Below are positions 37,222 through 45,868 of a DNA stretch of 52,579 nt, piece by piece. How positions within the stretch are numbered: position 1 is the first letter of the stretch; every line of letters starts with the position of its first letter. The position numbers and the translations under genes are program-made. Source of the stretch: Asaia bogorensis (GTDB taxonomy: Bacteria; Pseudomonadota; Alphaproteobacteria; SHVZ01); NCBI GenBank assembly GCA_945897335.1, contig CAMDFP010000003.1:1-52579 (forward strand), given 5' to 3'. Under the pieces are notes generated by a model. It was not told the origin of the DNA. It saw nothing but the letters and a program-made list of their open reading frames with translations, and did no database searches.

Positions 37222-37652
37222 GGATGTCCGACCACGCCCTTCTTCAAGATGAGGTTGGCATAGGTACGAAGCTCGCCCGTCTGGACGATGGCGCAGGCGG
37301 CGCGGCTGCGGTCGTAGAAGGCGTGGCGTTCGATCATCGCGATCGTGACCTTGCGGCCCTCGGCGGCATCGAGCGCGCGGCCGAAGTCGATGACGGCCTC
37401 GGGGATCGCCTTGGGATCGCCGACCACCTGCATGCCCGCCGCCGGCGCCTCGACGAAAGTGTCGAGCGGCATCACCGAGGCGATGGCGCGGATGACCCGG
37501 GTGGCATCGACGCCGTCCATCCGGATCAGCCGTCGGGCGATGGCGGCGCCGGGGAAATGCGCGTCGACGACGACGATCTCGTCACCGTGGCCCATCGCCG
37601 CCAGCGCGTGCAGCAGGTCGGGGGAGAGGAGGGGATCGAGGCCCTTCAGCAT
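37218..37652 (-). CDS. RbsD/FucU family mutarotase
   Basis: MLKG..PLLSPDLL..LA.MGHGDEIV..DAHFP, ERHAFY, TGE..YANLILKKGV. Confidence 0.92.
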   Translation of the reverse strand: MLKGLDPLLSPDLLHALAAMGHGDEIVVVDAHFPGAAIARRLIRMDGVDATRVIRAIASVMPLDTFVEAPAAGMQVVGDPKAIPEAVIDFGRALDAAEGRKVTIAMIERHAFYDRSRAACAIVQTGELRTYANLILKKGVVGHP

Positions 37653-37706
37653 GCGGGGGCTACGATAGCGCATGCACCCCGGTCGACGGCAAACGGACCT
37701 TGCCGG

Positions 37707-37720
37707 ACTGACATGTCAGT
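37707..37720. promoter_or_regulatory. Perfect 14-bp palindrome ACTGACATGTCAGT, probable GntR operator
   Basis: Lies in the 85-bp divergent region between the mutarotase and GntR genes. Confidence 0.65.
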
Positions 37721-37737
37721 GCGTACACTCGGCCTCA

Positions 37738-38448
37738 ATGAAGCTTCGCGAGAAGGCCTACGAAAGCTTCCAGCAGCGGCTGATGGCGCTCGACCTGCGT
37801 CCCGGCCAGTTCGTCTCCCAACGCGAGCTGGTGGCGCTGACGGGCATGCCGCTGGGCGCCATCCGCGAGCTGATCCCGAGGCTCGAGGCCGACGGCCTGA
37901 TCGTCACCATTCCCCAACGCGGCATGCAAATCGCCGCGGTTGACCTGAAGCTCGTCCGCAACGCCTTCCAGCTCCGCATCATCCTGGAGAAGGAAGCGAT
38001 CGCCAGCTTCGCCGAGAAGGCGCGGGTGGAGGAGATCGAGGCGCTGGCCGATGCCTATGACCGCATCGTCGCCAAATCCAGAAAGGGCATCAGCCGCGAG
38101 CTGCTCGAGGAAGCGCAGGCGACCGACTGGGCCTTCCATGACACGCTGATCGATGCCCTCGGCAACGACATCCTCTCGGCGATCTATCGTGTGAACTCGA
38201 TCAAGATTCGCCTGATCCGCCTCGACCGCGTGCTGCTGTCACCCGACAGCCTGATGCCGGCGCTGAAGGAGCATGGCGACATCATCGCAGCCCTCCGAGC
38301 CCGCGACTCCGCCCGTGCCGTCGCCATGCTCGAACGCCACCTGACCAGCGCCCGCAATCGGGCCATGGGTCTGCAGACCATCGAATCGCCAGCACCGCCG
38401 GCCTCTACTCCCCGATCCCGCCCTCGTTCCGCAAAGGTTGCCCGATGA
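37738..38448 (+). CDS. GntR family transcriptional regulator (FCD domain)
   Basis: N-terminal wHTH (LRPGQ..SQRELV..GM...IRE..RLEADGL...PQRG); FCD DWAFH and EH..II.AL. Confidence 0.9.
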   Translation: MKLREKAYESFQQRLMALDLRPGQFVSQRELVALTGMPLGAIRELIPRLEADGLIVTIPQRGMQIAAVDLKLVRNAFQLRIILEKEAIASFAEKARVEEIEALADAYDRIVAKSRKGISRELLEEAQATDWAFHDTLIDALGNDILSAIYRVNSIKIRLIRLDRVLLSPDSLMPALKEHGDIIAALRARDSARAVAMLERHLTSARNRAMGLQTIESPAPPASTPRSRPRSAKVAR

Positions 38449-39371
38449 CGACTTCTCCTGCCCGGCCGCCGCTCCGCGGCGTCTGGACCGCGCTGATGAC
38501 GCCGCTCGAGTCCGACGGCCGCATCGCCTTCGATCTGCTGACCGCCCATTGCCGCAACCTCTTCGCCAAGGGTGTCGACGGCGTCACCCTGTTCGGCACC
38601 TCCGGCGAGGGTCAATCCTTCTCGCTGGATGAACGCCGCGAGGCGCTGGAGCAGCTTCTGGCATCGGGCATTCCAGCATCGCGCGTCACCGTCGGCACGG
38701 CGACCTCGGCCCTACCGGAGACGGCGGCGCTCACCCGCCACGCGGCGGCCCTCGGCGTCGCCGGCGTGCTGGTCCTGCCGCCGTTCTTCTTCAAAGGGTT
38801 GAGCGACGACGGCGTCTACGCCTCGTTCGCCAAGCTCTGCGACATGCTGAAGGGCATCGACACGCGGATCATCCTCTATCACATCCCGCAGGTCTCGGCG
38901 GTCGGCGTCAGCCCGGCGGTGGTGGCCAGGCTCGCCAGGGCCTATCCTGGCCTCATCGCCGGTGTGAAGGATTCTTCCGGCAATTGGGAGAACACCGCGG
39001 AGATGCTGAAGCTCACGCCCGAGCTCGCCATCATGGTGGGCCACGAGCCCTTCGTCCCGCGCCTGCTCAAGGCCGGCGGCGTCGGCACCATCTGCGGCGT
39101 CGCCAATGTCCGCCCGGCCCTGATGCGCCAGCTCTACGATGCGACCGGCAAGCCCGAGGAAGCCGGCCTGGTCGAAGCCATCGCCAAGGTCTGCACGCTG
39201 GTGACGGATGTGCCGTTCGTGCCGGCGATCAAGGCGATGCTGGCCGATCAGACCGGCGACCGGCGCTGGCTCAACGTCCGCCCGCCGCTGGTTGCGGCCA
39301 GCGAGGCCGAGCAGCGCAGGCTGGTCGCGGCGGTGAAGGCCCTCGCTCCGGCGGCTATGGCGGCCGACTGA
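38445..39371 (+). CDS. Dihydrodipicolinate synthase family protein (probable 2-keto-3-deoxy sugar-acid aldolase/dehydratase)
   Basis: Motifs GVWTALMTP, FGTSGEG, LPPFFFK, LYHIPQ, GVKDSSG (Schiff-base Lys). Confidence 0.88.
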   Translation: MTTSPARPPLRGVWTALMTPLESDGRIAFDLLTAHCRNLFAKGVDGVTLFGTSGEGQSFSLDERREALEQLLASGIPASRVTVGTATSALPETAALTRHAAALGVAGVLVLPPFFFKGLSDDGVYASFAKLCDMLKGIDTRIILYHIPQVSAVGVSPAVVARLARAYPGLIAGVKDSSGNWENTAEMLKLTPELAIMVGHEPFVPRLLKAGGVGTICGVANVRPALMRQLYDATGKPEEAGLVEAIAKVCTLVTDVPFVPAIKAMLADQTGDRRWLNVRPPLVAASEAEQRRLVAAVKALAPAAMAAD

Positions 39372-39436
39372 TCTCGACAGGTCGAAGGTATCGTCGCAAA
39401 CTCAACACCAGAAACTCTCATCGGGAGGAAAAGAAG

Positions 39437-40789
39437 ATGGACGACAAGAAGACGAAGGTTACCCGCCGCACGGCGCTCAAGATCGGCGCCGGCGCTGCCG
39501 GCGTGTTCGCGGCCCCTGCGATCATGAAGACCGCGACGGCGCAGACCGGTGGCTTCAACTGGAAGAAGTTCGCCGGCCAGAGCATCGAAGTGTCGCTGAC
39601 CCTCGGCCCCCGCGCCGACGTGCTTCGCCGGCACGAGAAGGAGTTCACCGAACTCACCGGCATCAAGGTCGGCTCGGAAGCCGTGCCCGAGCAGCAGCAC
39701 CGCCAGCAGGTCGTCATCCAGTTCAATTCCGGCAGCCCGCAGTTCGACGTGCTGACCGTCGCCTGGCACGTGCAGAAGCGGCTCGTCGGCAAGTCCAAGT
39801 GGCTGGCCGACATGAAGCCGCTGCTGGCCGACTCATCGCTGACCGCGCCCGACTACGACTTCCCCGATTTCACCGCCGGCGGGCTTCGCTGGGCGACCCA
39901 GGGCGACGGGCGGATGGACACGCTGCCGCTCAACATCGATCCCTGGATGATCTACTGGAACAAGGAGCTGTTCGCCGCCAAGGGCCTCGCTTTCCCGAAG
40001 ACCTTCGAGGAAATCGTGATGGCGGCCGAGAAGCTGACCGACAAGGCGTCGGGCCAGTACGGCTGGGTGTCGCGCGGCCTCAAGAACGCCAACGTGCCGG
40101 TGTGGACCAGCTTCATGCTGGGCCATGACATGGACCCGGTGAACCCGAAGACGGTGGCGCTGCAGACGACGACGCCCGAGGCGATCGCCGCGGCAGAGTA
40201 CTACAAGAAGCTCAACAAGGACTTCGCCCCGCCCGGCACCGTCGGTTTCAACTGGAACGAGTCCCAGACCTCGTTCAGCCAGGGCAAGATCGGCATGTGG
40301 CTGGACGGCATCGGCTTCGCTCCGCCGCTCGAAGACCCGACCAAGTCCAAGGTCGTCGGCAAGGTCGGCTATGCCGTCATGCCGCAGGGTCCGAAGTCGC
40401 GCAACTCGGCGACTTTCGGCGACGGCATTGGCATTCCGGCCGCCAGCAAGAAGAAGGAAGCCGCCTACCTCTACACGCAGTGGGCGACCAGCAAGCTGAT
40501 GTGCTCGCGCCTCTTGCAGTCCGGTGGCGGCTCGCCCTGCCGGGCGTCTTCCTACACCGACAAGGACACCATCGCGGGCCTCAAGCTGCCGCGCGAGTGG
40601 CTGACCTGCCTGCAGGAGTCCACTTCGATCGGGCGTCCGGGACTGCCGGAGATCGTGCCGGTGACGGAGTTCCGCGACGTATTCGGCGTCGGCCTCACCA
40701 ACACCATCGGCGGCGCTGACGCCAAGTCCGAGATGACGAAGGCGACCGAAGCCTTCGCCCCGGTGCTGCAGAAGTCCGAGGCGAGCTGA
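39437..40789 (+). CDS. Carbohydrate ABC transporter substrate-binding protein with Tat signal
   Basis: Twin-arginine TRRTALK. Motifs YWNKELF, PKTFEE, FSQGKIGM. SD GGAGG upstream. Confidence 0.9.
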   Translation: MDDKKTKVTRRTALKIGAGAAGVFAAPAIMKTATAQTGGFNWKKFAGQSIEVSLTLGPRADVLRRHEKEFTELTGIKVGSEAVPEQQHRQQVVIQFNSGSPQFDVLTVAWHVQKRLVGKSKWLADMKPLLADSSLTAPDYDFPDFTAGGLRWATQGDGRMDTLPLNIDPWMIYWNKELFAAKGLAFPKTFEEIVMAAEKLTDKASGQYGWVSRGLKNANVPVWTSFMLGHDMDPVNPKTVALQTTTPEAIAAAEYYKKLNKDFAPPGTVGFNWNESQTSFSQGKIGMWLDGIGFAPPLEDPTKSKVVGKVGYAVMPQGPKSRNSATFGDGIGIPAASKKKEAAYLYTQWATSKLMCSRLLQSGGGSPCRASSYTDKDTIAGLKLPREWLTCLQESTSIGRPGLPEIVPVTEFRDVFGVGLTNTIGGADAKSEMTKATEAFAPVLQKSEAS

Positions 40790-40804
40790 TCAGGCATCTC
40801 GCGT

Positions 40805-40835
40805 CCTTCCCGCCGCAGCGCATGCGGCGGGAAGG
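40805..40835 (+). other. Intercistronic perfect 13-bp stem-loop after the sugar SBP gene
   Basis: CCTTCCCGCCGCA-GCGCA-TGCGGCGGGAAGG. Confidence 0.6.
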
Positions 40836-40855
40836 GTGCTTCTTCTGCAATCGCC

Positions 40856-41776
40856 ATGACCCAGGCCACCCTCGGACAGAAGAGCCCGACCGCCGAAGCG
40901 GCGCCGTCGCGCGGCCCCGGCTTCGATCGGAACTATCTGCCCTTCGCCTATCCTGCGCTGCTGATCACGGCGGCGGTGATCGTCTTCCCGTGGATCTTCA
41001 CCATCTACATGAGCTTCTACGACTGGAAGATCGGCCAGGCGCGGGAGTTCGTGGGATTCGCCAACTTCACCAAGCTCGCCAACGACCCGCGCTTCATCGA
41101 GTCGATCGGCCACACGCTCTACTTCACCGCGCTCGCCGTCATCCTTCCGGTCATCTTCGGCACGATCGCCGCGCTGATCTTCAACGAGCGCTTTCCGCTA
41201 CGGGGCCTCTTCCGCGCCATCTTCATCCTGCCGATGATGGCGACGCCGGTCGCGGTCGCGCTGGTGTGGACGATGATGTTCCACCCGCAGCTCGGCGTGC
41301 TGAACTATTTGCTCAGCCTCGTCGGCATCCCGCCCCAGCTCTGGGTCTATTCGCCCGATACGGTGATCCCGAGCCTGGTCGCGGTCGAGGTCTGGCACTG
41401 GACGCCGCTGGTCATGCTGATCGTCTTGGGCGGCCTTGCCTCGGTGCCGGTCGAGCCGTATGAGTCGGCCAAGATCGACGGCGCCAGCGCCTGGCAAATG
41501 TTCAGGCACATCACGCTGCCGCTGATCATGCCGTTCATCCTGGTCGCCGTCGTCATCCGCATGATCGACGCGCTGAAGGCGTTCGACACGATTTTCGTCA
41601 TCACATCCGGCGGGCCGGGAACGGCCTCGGAGACGATCAACATCTACCTCTATCTGCAGGCGTTCTCTTTCTACAACATCGGCTATGCCTCGGCCGTCAC
41701 CATCGTCTTCTTCGTCCTGATCATACTGCTGACGCTGGTGCTGTTGTTCCTTCGGCAGAAGGCGAAGTGGACATGA
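40856..41776 (+). CDS. Carbohydrate ABC transporter permease
   Basis: Motifs FVGFANF, EAA loop YESAKIDGASAWQ, TSGGPG.ASET. Confidence 0.93.
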   Translation: MTQATLGQKSPTAEAAPSRGPGFDRNYLPFAYPALLITAAVIVFPWIFTIYMSFYDWKIGQAREFVGFANFTKLANDPRFIESIGHTLYFTALAVILPVIFGTIAALIFNERFPLRGLFRAIFILPMMATPVAVALVWTMMFHPQLGVLNYLLSLVGIPPQLWVYSPDTVIPSLVAVEVWHWTPLVMLIVLGGLASVPVEPYESAKIDGASAWQMFRHITLPLIMPFILVAVVIRMIDALKAFDTIFVITSGGPGTASETINIYLYLQAFSFYNIGYASAVTIVFFVLIILLTLVLLFLRQKAKWT

Positions 41777-42621
41777 GGCCCGGCACGCCACTCGGAGTGA
41801 AATTGAAGCGCGTCGCCTCGAACATCGGCTTCACGCTCGCCGTGTTCGTGATCGTGTCGCCGGCCATCCTGGTGATGCTGTGGATGCTGTCGCTCTCGCT
41901 CAAGAACGAGGTCGACAACCTGGCCTTCCCGCCGGTCTTCATCCCGAATCCGCCGACACTCGCGAACTTCCTCGACGTGTTCGACAAGAACAGCTTCGAT
42001 CTCTACTTCATGAACAGCCTGATCGTCTCCGGTGTATCGACGCTGGTCGCGATTCTGGTCGGCGTGCCGGCCGGCTACGGCATCGCCAAGGCTCAGGCGC
42101 ACAAGATCGCCGTGCTGACCTTGATCGCCCGCATCACGCCGGGCTTGAGCTACCTCATCCCGCTTTACATCCTGTTCCAGTGGATCGGGCTCACCGGCAC
42201 GGTCTGGCCGATCGTCATCACGCATCTGGTGCTGACGGTGCCGATCTTCATCTACGTCATGATCGGCTTCTTCGAGAACCAGCCGCCGGACCTGGAAGAG
42301 GCGGCGCTGATCGACGGCTGCACCCTCTGGCAGGCGTTCCGCTACGTGGCGCTGCCGCTGGCGCGGCCGGGGATCATGGTCGGCGCCATCCTCTCGATCA
42401 TCTTCTCGTGGAACAATTTCATCTTCGGCGCCGTGCTCGGCGGCCGGACGACGCGGACCTTGCCGGTCGCGGTCTTCAACATGCTGACCTTCGAGCAGCT
42501 CGCCTGGGGCCCGCTGGCCGCGGCAGCGCTGCTGGTCACTGCGCCGGTGCTGATCCTGACGCTCTTCATCCAGAAGGAGATCGTCGGCGGTCTCACCGCC
42601 GGCGGCGTCAAGGGCGGCTGA
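41773..42621 (+). CDS. Carbohydrate ABC transporter permease
   Basis: ATGA overlap. EAA loop LEEAALIDG, FSWNNF, GLTAGGVKG. Confidence 0.93.
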   Translation: MRPGTPLGVKLKRVASNIGFTLAVFVIVSPAILVMLWMLSLSLKNEVDNLAFPPVFIPNPPTLANFLDVFDKNSFDLYFMNSLIVSGVSTLVAILVGVPAGYGIAKAQAHKIAVLTLIARITPGLSYLIPLYILFQWIGLTGTVWPIVITHLVLTVPIFIYVMIGFFENQPPDLEEAALIDGCTLWQAFRYVALPLARPGIMVGAILSIIFSWNNFIFGAVLGGRTTRTLPVAVFNMLTFEQLAWGPLAAAALLVTAPVLILTLFIQKEIVGGLTAGGVKGG

Positions 42622-42627
42622 CGGTCG

Positions 42628-42888
42628 CTAGTCGGCGTCGACGCTGGCCGTCCTGAGCTCGGCCAGAATGCCCTCCGCCCGCGCCTTCCGCTTGCCGGCG
42701 CTGATCTTGTCTGCGAGAGACAGGATGGTGCGGGATCCCGTGGTGACGAAGAGGAAGGGCAGCGCCGCATGCACGAGGCAGGCGAGGCCGGCGCCAATCA
42801 TCCGGAAGCCGACGGATCCGGCGACCCGGCTGTGCTGAAGATAGGTCTCGCCTACGGCCCGCGGGTGATCGGTGAAGGGATTGGCCAT
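42628..42888 (-). CDS. Small conserved protein, DUF6356-like
   Basis: NPFTDHP..VGETY.QH ... ACLVHA.LPFLF.TTGS pattern recognised from memory. SD GGGGAA upstream. Confidence 0.75.
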   Translation of the reverse strand: MANPFTDHPRAVGETYLQHSRVAGSVGFRMIGAGLACLVHAALPFLFVTTGSRTILSLADKISAGKRKARAEGILAELRTASVDAD

Positions 42889-42930
42889 GACATGTTCCCC
42901 TGGTTTCTATGACATCCTATACAATGGTCT

Positions 42931-42941
42931 CTGACATGTCA
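42931..42941. promoter_or_regulatory. Palindrome (C)TGACATGTCA, probable GntR operator
   Basis: Same core as 37707-37720, in the divergent region before the second GntR. Partial copies TGACATGT (42888-42895) and TGACAT (42910-42915). Confidence 0.55.
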
Positions 42942-42986
42942 CAAGACCCTCTTCCGCATGGCACCGAAGCGGAGTAGGTAGGGCGG

Positions 42987-43727
42987 GTGAAAGCCCGGAA
43001 GCTTCCCGTCTCCGCCCCGGAACCGCAGACACTCGGTGATGCGGCCTATCTGACGTTGAAGAACAGGATCATCGAGGGCCATCTCGCCGCGGGTGCCGCG
43101 GTGAGCGAGGCCGAGCTCGCGCTGTCTCTCGGCCTCGGCAAGGCGCCCGTGCGCGCTGCTCTGGCGCGGCTGGCCCAGGACGGCCTGGTTGCGGCCATTG
43201 CCCGCCGCGGCTGGCGCGTGGCGCCGGTGACGCTGGCCGATGTGCTGGACGTCTTCCGGCTGCGCCGGTCCCTCGAGCCGTTGGCGGCTCGGCTGGCCGC
43301 CGAACGCGGGATCGACGCCGCCTTGCTGAAGCGTCTGGATGCAGCCTGCCGCGCCGACTACCAGCCGGGCCACCCGGCGAGCGAACGGGCGTTCCTCAAG
43401 GCCAATCGAGCCTTCCATCTGGCAGTGGCGGAAGCCTCCGGCAGCCCGCGCCTCGTGCGTGTGCTCTCGAACCTGCTGGACGAGTCAGAGCGCGCGCTGG
43501 TTCTCGGCCTCGCGGTCCGCAACCGCAGCCATGAGATCCAGCACGAGCATCAGGCATTGATCGAGGCGCTGGCTGCAGGCGACGCCGGTACGGCCGAGCA
43601 GGTCGCCGCCGCGCAGATTGACGATGCGAGGGACATGGTGATGGCGGCGCTGATGTCGACGCCGAGCCTGCTGGGCGCCGAGATCGGCTCGATGCCGGCG
43701 TCCCGGCTGCGCGGTCGCGCCGTCTAG
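42987..43727 (+). CDS. GntR family transcriptional regulator (FCD domain)
   Basis: wHTH SEAELA..LGLGKAPVRAALARL..DGLV....RRGW; FCD NRAFH and HEH.ALIEAL. Confidence 0.9.
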   Translation: MKARKLPVSAPEPQTLGDAAYLTLKNRIIEGHLAAGAAVSEAELALSLGLGKAPVRAALARLAQDGLVAAIARRGWRVAPVTLADVLDVFRLRRSLEPLAARLAAERGIDAALLKRLDAACRADYQPGHPASERAFLKANRAFHLAVAEASGSPRLVRVLSNLLDESERALVLGLAVRNRSHEIQHEHQALIEALAAGDAGTAEQVAAAQIDDARDMVMAALMSTPSLLGAEIGSMPASRLRGRAV

Positions 43728-44251
43728 GAGCCGCGAAAGCTCTCGGCGGTCATCGTGTAGGACTTGCAGGGATGGCCGTCGCTGTAGGCGTTGTCGCCGA
43801 CGAAGGTCATGCCGATCTTCTCCGCGACCCGCATCGACGGCGTGTTGCGCGGGTCGATGTCGGCGACGAGGCGCGGCAACCCGACGGTCTTGAAGGCGTG
43901 TTCGACTACCGGCCTTGCCGCCTTGCCGGCGTATCCCTTTCCCCACGCGACCAGCCGCAACCGCCAGCCGATATCGATCTTCGGCCCGATGCCCTCATAC
44001 GGGATCAGCAGGACCCAGCCGAGGAACTCGTCGGGCCGGGTCTTGGTGAAGATCGATCAGTAGCCGAGGCCGGGAGCCCAGGCCGTCTGGATCCGATCGG
44101 TGAGGAAGCGGCGATGCTCTTCGGGATCGTTCCAGGGCCCGCGGATGTATCGCGTCACGTCGGGGTCGCGGTCCATGGCGAGGCAGGCCTCGAAATCGGC
44201 CATGGAGCGCGGGCGCAGGAAGAGGCGAGGCGTCTCGAAACTTGGCAGCAC
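43724..44251 (-). pseudogene. RimJ/RimL-type GNAT acetyltransferase interrupted by an in-frame TGA
   Basis: The 44057-44251 and 43724-43960 ORFs share a frame. Read-through gives ETPRLFLRP...GLGY*SIF...FLGWV...IDIGWRL..AWGKGYA...N..SMRVAEKIGM. Confidence 0.8.
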
Positions 44252-44273
44252 GGCCTCGCCTTCTCTTTGCCGT

Positions 44274-45257
44274 CTACAGCTTGAAGATCTTCTCGGCGTT
44301 GGCCGAGCGTACCTTCTTGGCTACCTTCGCCGGAAGGTCGTTCACGCGCTTCAGGCAACCCTTCATGCTGCCGATGTTGTGCGGGTAGTCGGAGCCGTAC
44401 ATCACCTTGTCCTCGCCGCCGACGTCCAGGCACATCTTCAGCGCTTCCGGCCGGTAGGTGACCGCGTCGTACCAGATCCGCTTCATGTAGTGCGACGGCC
44501 GCTTGGAGATCTTGATCCGGGCCGCGACCATGTTGTCGAAGCAGACGTCGAGACGTCCGACCAGGTACGGCAGCGTCGCGCCGGCATGGCCGGCGATGAT
44601 CTTCAGCTTTTTATACTGATCGAAGAAGCCGTCGAAGATCATGCGCGCGATCGCCAGCGAGGTGTCGAACATGAAGCCGACCGAGGCGATCAGGTTGTAG
44701 GCCCGCATGTCCAGCACCGGTGTTCCCGGCGGCGCCGTCGGATGTACCAGCACGGGCAGCGCCTTCCGGTCGATCGCCGCCCAGATCGGTGCGAACTTGT
44801 GGTCGGTCAGCGACGCGCCACCGATATTGGCGAGCACCATGACGCCGACGGCACCGGCCTTGGTCGCGCGCTCGAGCTCCTGCACCGCGAGGTTCGGATA
44901 CTCCCACGGCAGCGAGCAGAGGAAGCGGATGCGGTCGGGATAGAGCCGTTGTGCCTCGGCCATCTCGTCATTGGCGATCTGGGCCGCCTTCAGGCTGATC
45001 TCGGCTGGCCCGAAGTAGACGTTGGGGCAGGTGAGGGAGACGATGGCAAGGTCGACCTTCGCCTTGTTCATTTCCTTCAGGCGCAGCTTGTAGTCCCAAT
45101 GGCCCGGCTGCGGGGTCATGAACGGCGCCCCGTCGAGATGGATGCCATAGGCGGCGTCCTTGCTCGGCCTGACCTCGTAGCGCGGCGGGCCGAATTCCTT
45201 CAGCAGCTTGAGCCAGGGCTCGCTCAGCATGTGCGTATGAACGTCGATCACGGTCAT
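44274..45257 (-). CDS. Amidohydrolase family protein, ACMSD/LigW-like decarboxylase or hydratase
   Basis: Motifs IDVHTH, VLVHP, HAGATLPYL.GR, YGSDYPH. Confidence 0.88.
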   Translation of the reverse strand: MTVIDVHTHMLSEPWLKLLKEFGPPRYEVRPSKDAAYGIHLDGAPFMTPQPGHWDYKLRLKEMNKAKVDLAIVSLTCPNVYFGPAEISLKAAQIANDEMAEAQRLYPDRIRFLCSLPWEYPNLAVQELERATKAGAVGVMVLANIGGASLTDHKFAPIWAAIDRKALPVLVHPTAPPGTPVLDMRAYNLIASVGFMFDTSLAIARMIFDGFFDQYKKLKIIAGHAGATLPYLVGRLDVCFDNMVAARIKISKRPSHYMKRIWYDAVTYRPEALKMCLDVGGEDKVMYGSDYPHNIGSMKGCLKRVNDLPAKVAKKVRSANAEKIFKL

Positions 45258-45353
45258 GGTCGTCTCCCCCGCGGGTCGTTGGTTCGCGGGTTGATCCCGC
45301 GTGCGCCGGCACCTTAGCGACCGCTTCCCGGCCAAGACAAGGGGTACTCTTAC

Positions 45354-45389
45354 TAACTGGGTCTCAGTTAATGAGAATGATTTGCATTA
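45354..45389. promoter_or_regulatory. Fur-family-like operator plus adjacent inverted repeat
   Basis: TAATGAGAATGATTTGCATTA (45369-45389) is an AT-rich imperfect palindrome resembling Fur boxes. It abuts TAACTG-N5-CAGTTA (45354-45370). Confidence 0.6.
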
Positions 45390-45417
45390 GCGAAGACGGC
45401 CCGCTAGCATTCCCGTC

Positions 45418-45864
45418 ATGACCCATGCCTGTGCCACCCCCGAGCCTGGCGTCGAGATCGAGACGCTGAGCTTCTCCGAGCAATTCCTGGTCTGGTCGGT
45501 CCGCGCCTGGGTCGACGGCTACAAGGCCGGCACGGGACGGGCCGGGCTGCTGCGCGAGGGTTTCGCGCTCGCCGGCGCCACCGATGGCTGGCTGCTGGTC
45601 GAGGAGCTGATGTCGATCATCGCCTCCACCGCCAGGCGGCCGCTCGACGTGCTCTGCCTCGCCTGCCGGTCTCTCGGCGATGACGAGGCCCCTGCCGCCG
45701 TGACGGTCGGGAACTGGCTGCCGCCGTCAGCGGCCCGGGTCGCGCTCGCGCTTCTGACACGGCTCGCAAGCGAACTCCGCCAGGCAGGGATGCGGCTGCC
45801 GGTGCCGATGCCGATGCCGATGCCGATCCGGGTTCCCGACCGCGGTCTCGCGCTCGTTCACTGA
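45418..45864 (+). CDS. Hypothetical protein with CxxC motif, downstream of a Fur-like box
   Basis: ORF fills the gap and converges on the next gene with a 4-nt spacer. Contains EQFLVWSVRAW and CLACRSLGDDE. Confidence 0.65.
   Translation: MTHACATPEPGVEIETLSFSEQFLVWSVRAWVDGYKAGTGRAGLLREGFALAGATDGWLLVEELMSIIASTARRPLDVLCLACRSLGDDEAPAAVTVGNWLPPSAARVALALLTRLASELRQAGMRLPVPMPMPMPIRVPDRGLALVH
45803..45826 (+). repeat. Hexamer tandem repeat (TGCCGA)x4 encoding PMPMPMP
   Basis: Seen directly; preceded by a TGCCGG variant. Confidence 0.8.
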
Positions 45865-45868
45865 TCCG

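Noticed and set aside
33548-43727. Convergent gene pairs sharing a CTAG double stop (33548-33551 and 43724-43727)
   Set aside because: A common 4-nt tail-to-tail overlap; two cases do not indicate a mechanism.
44057-44059. Selenocysteine or genetic-code reassignment at the GNAT TGA
   Set aside because: The context predicts Trp, not Cys; no evident SECIS; TGA terminates many other genes in the window.
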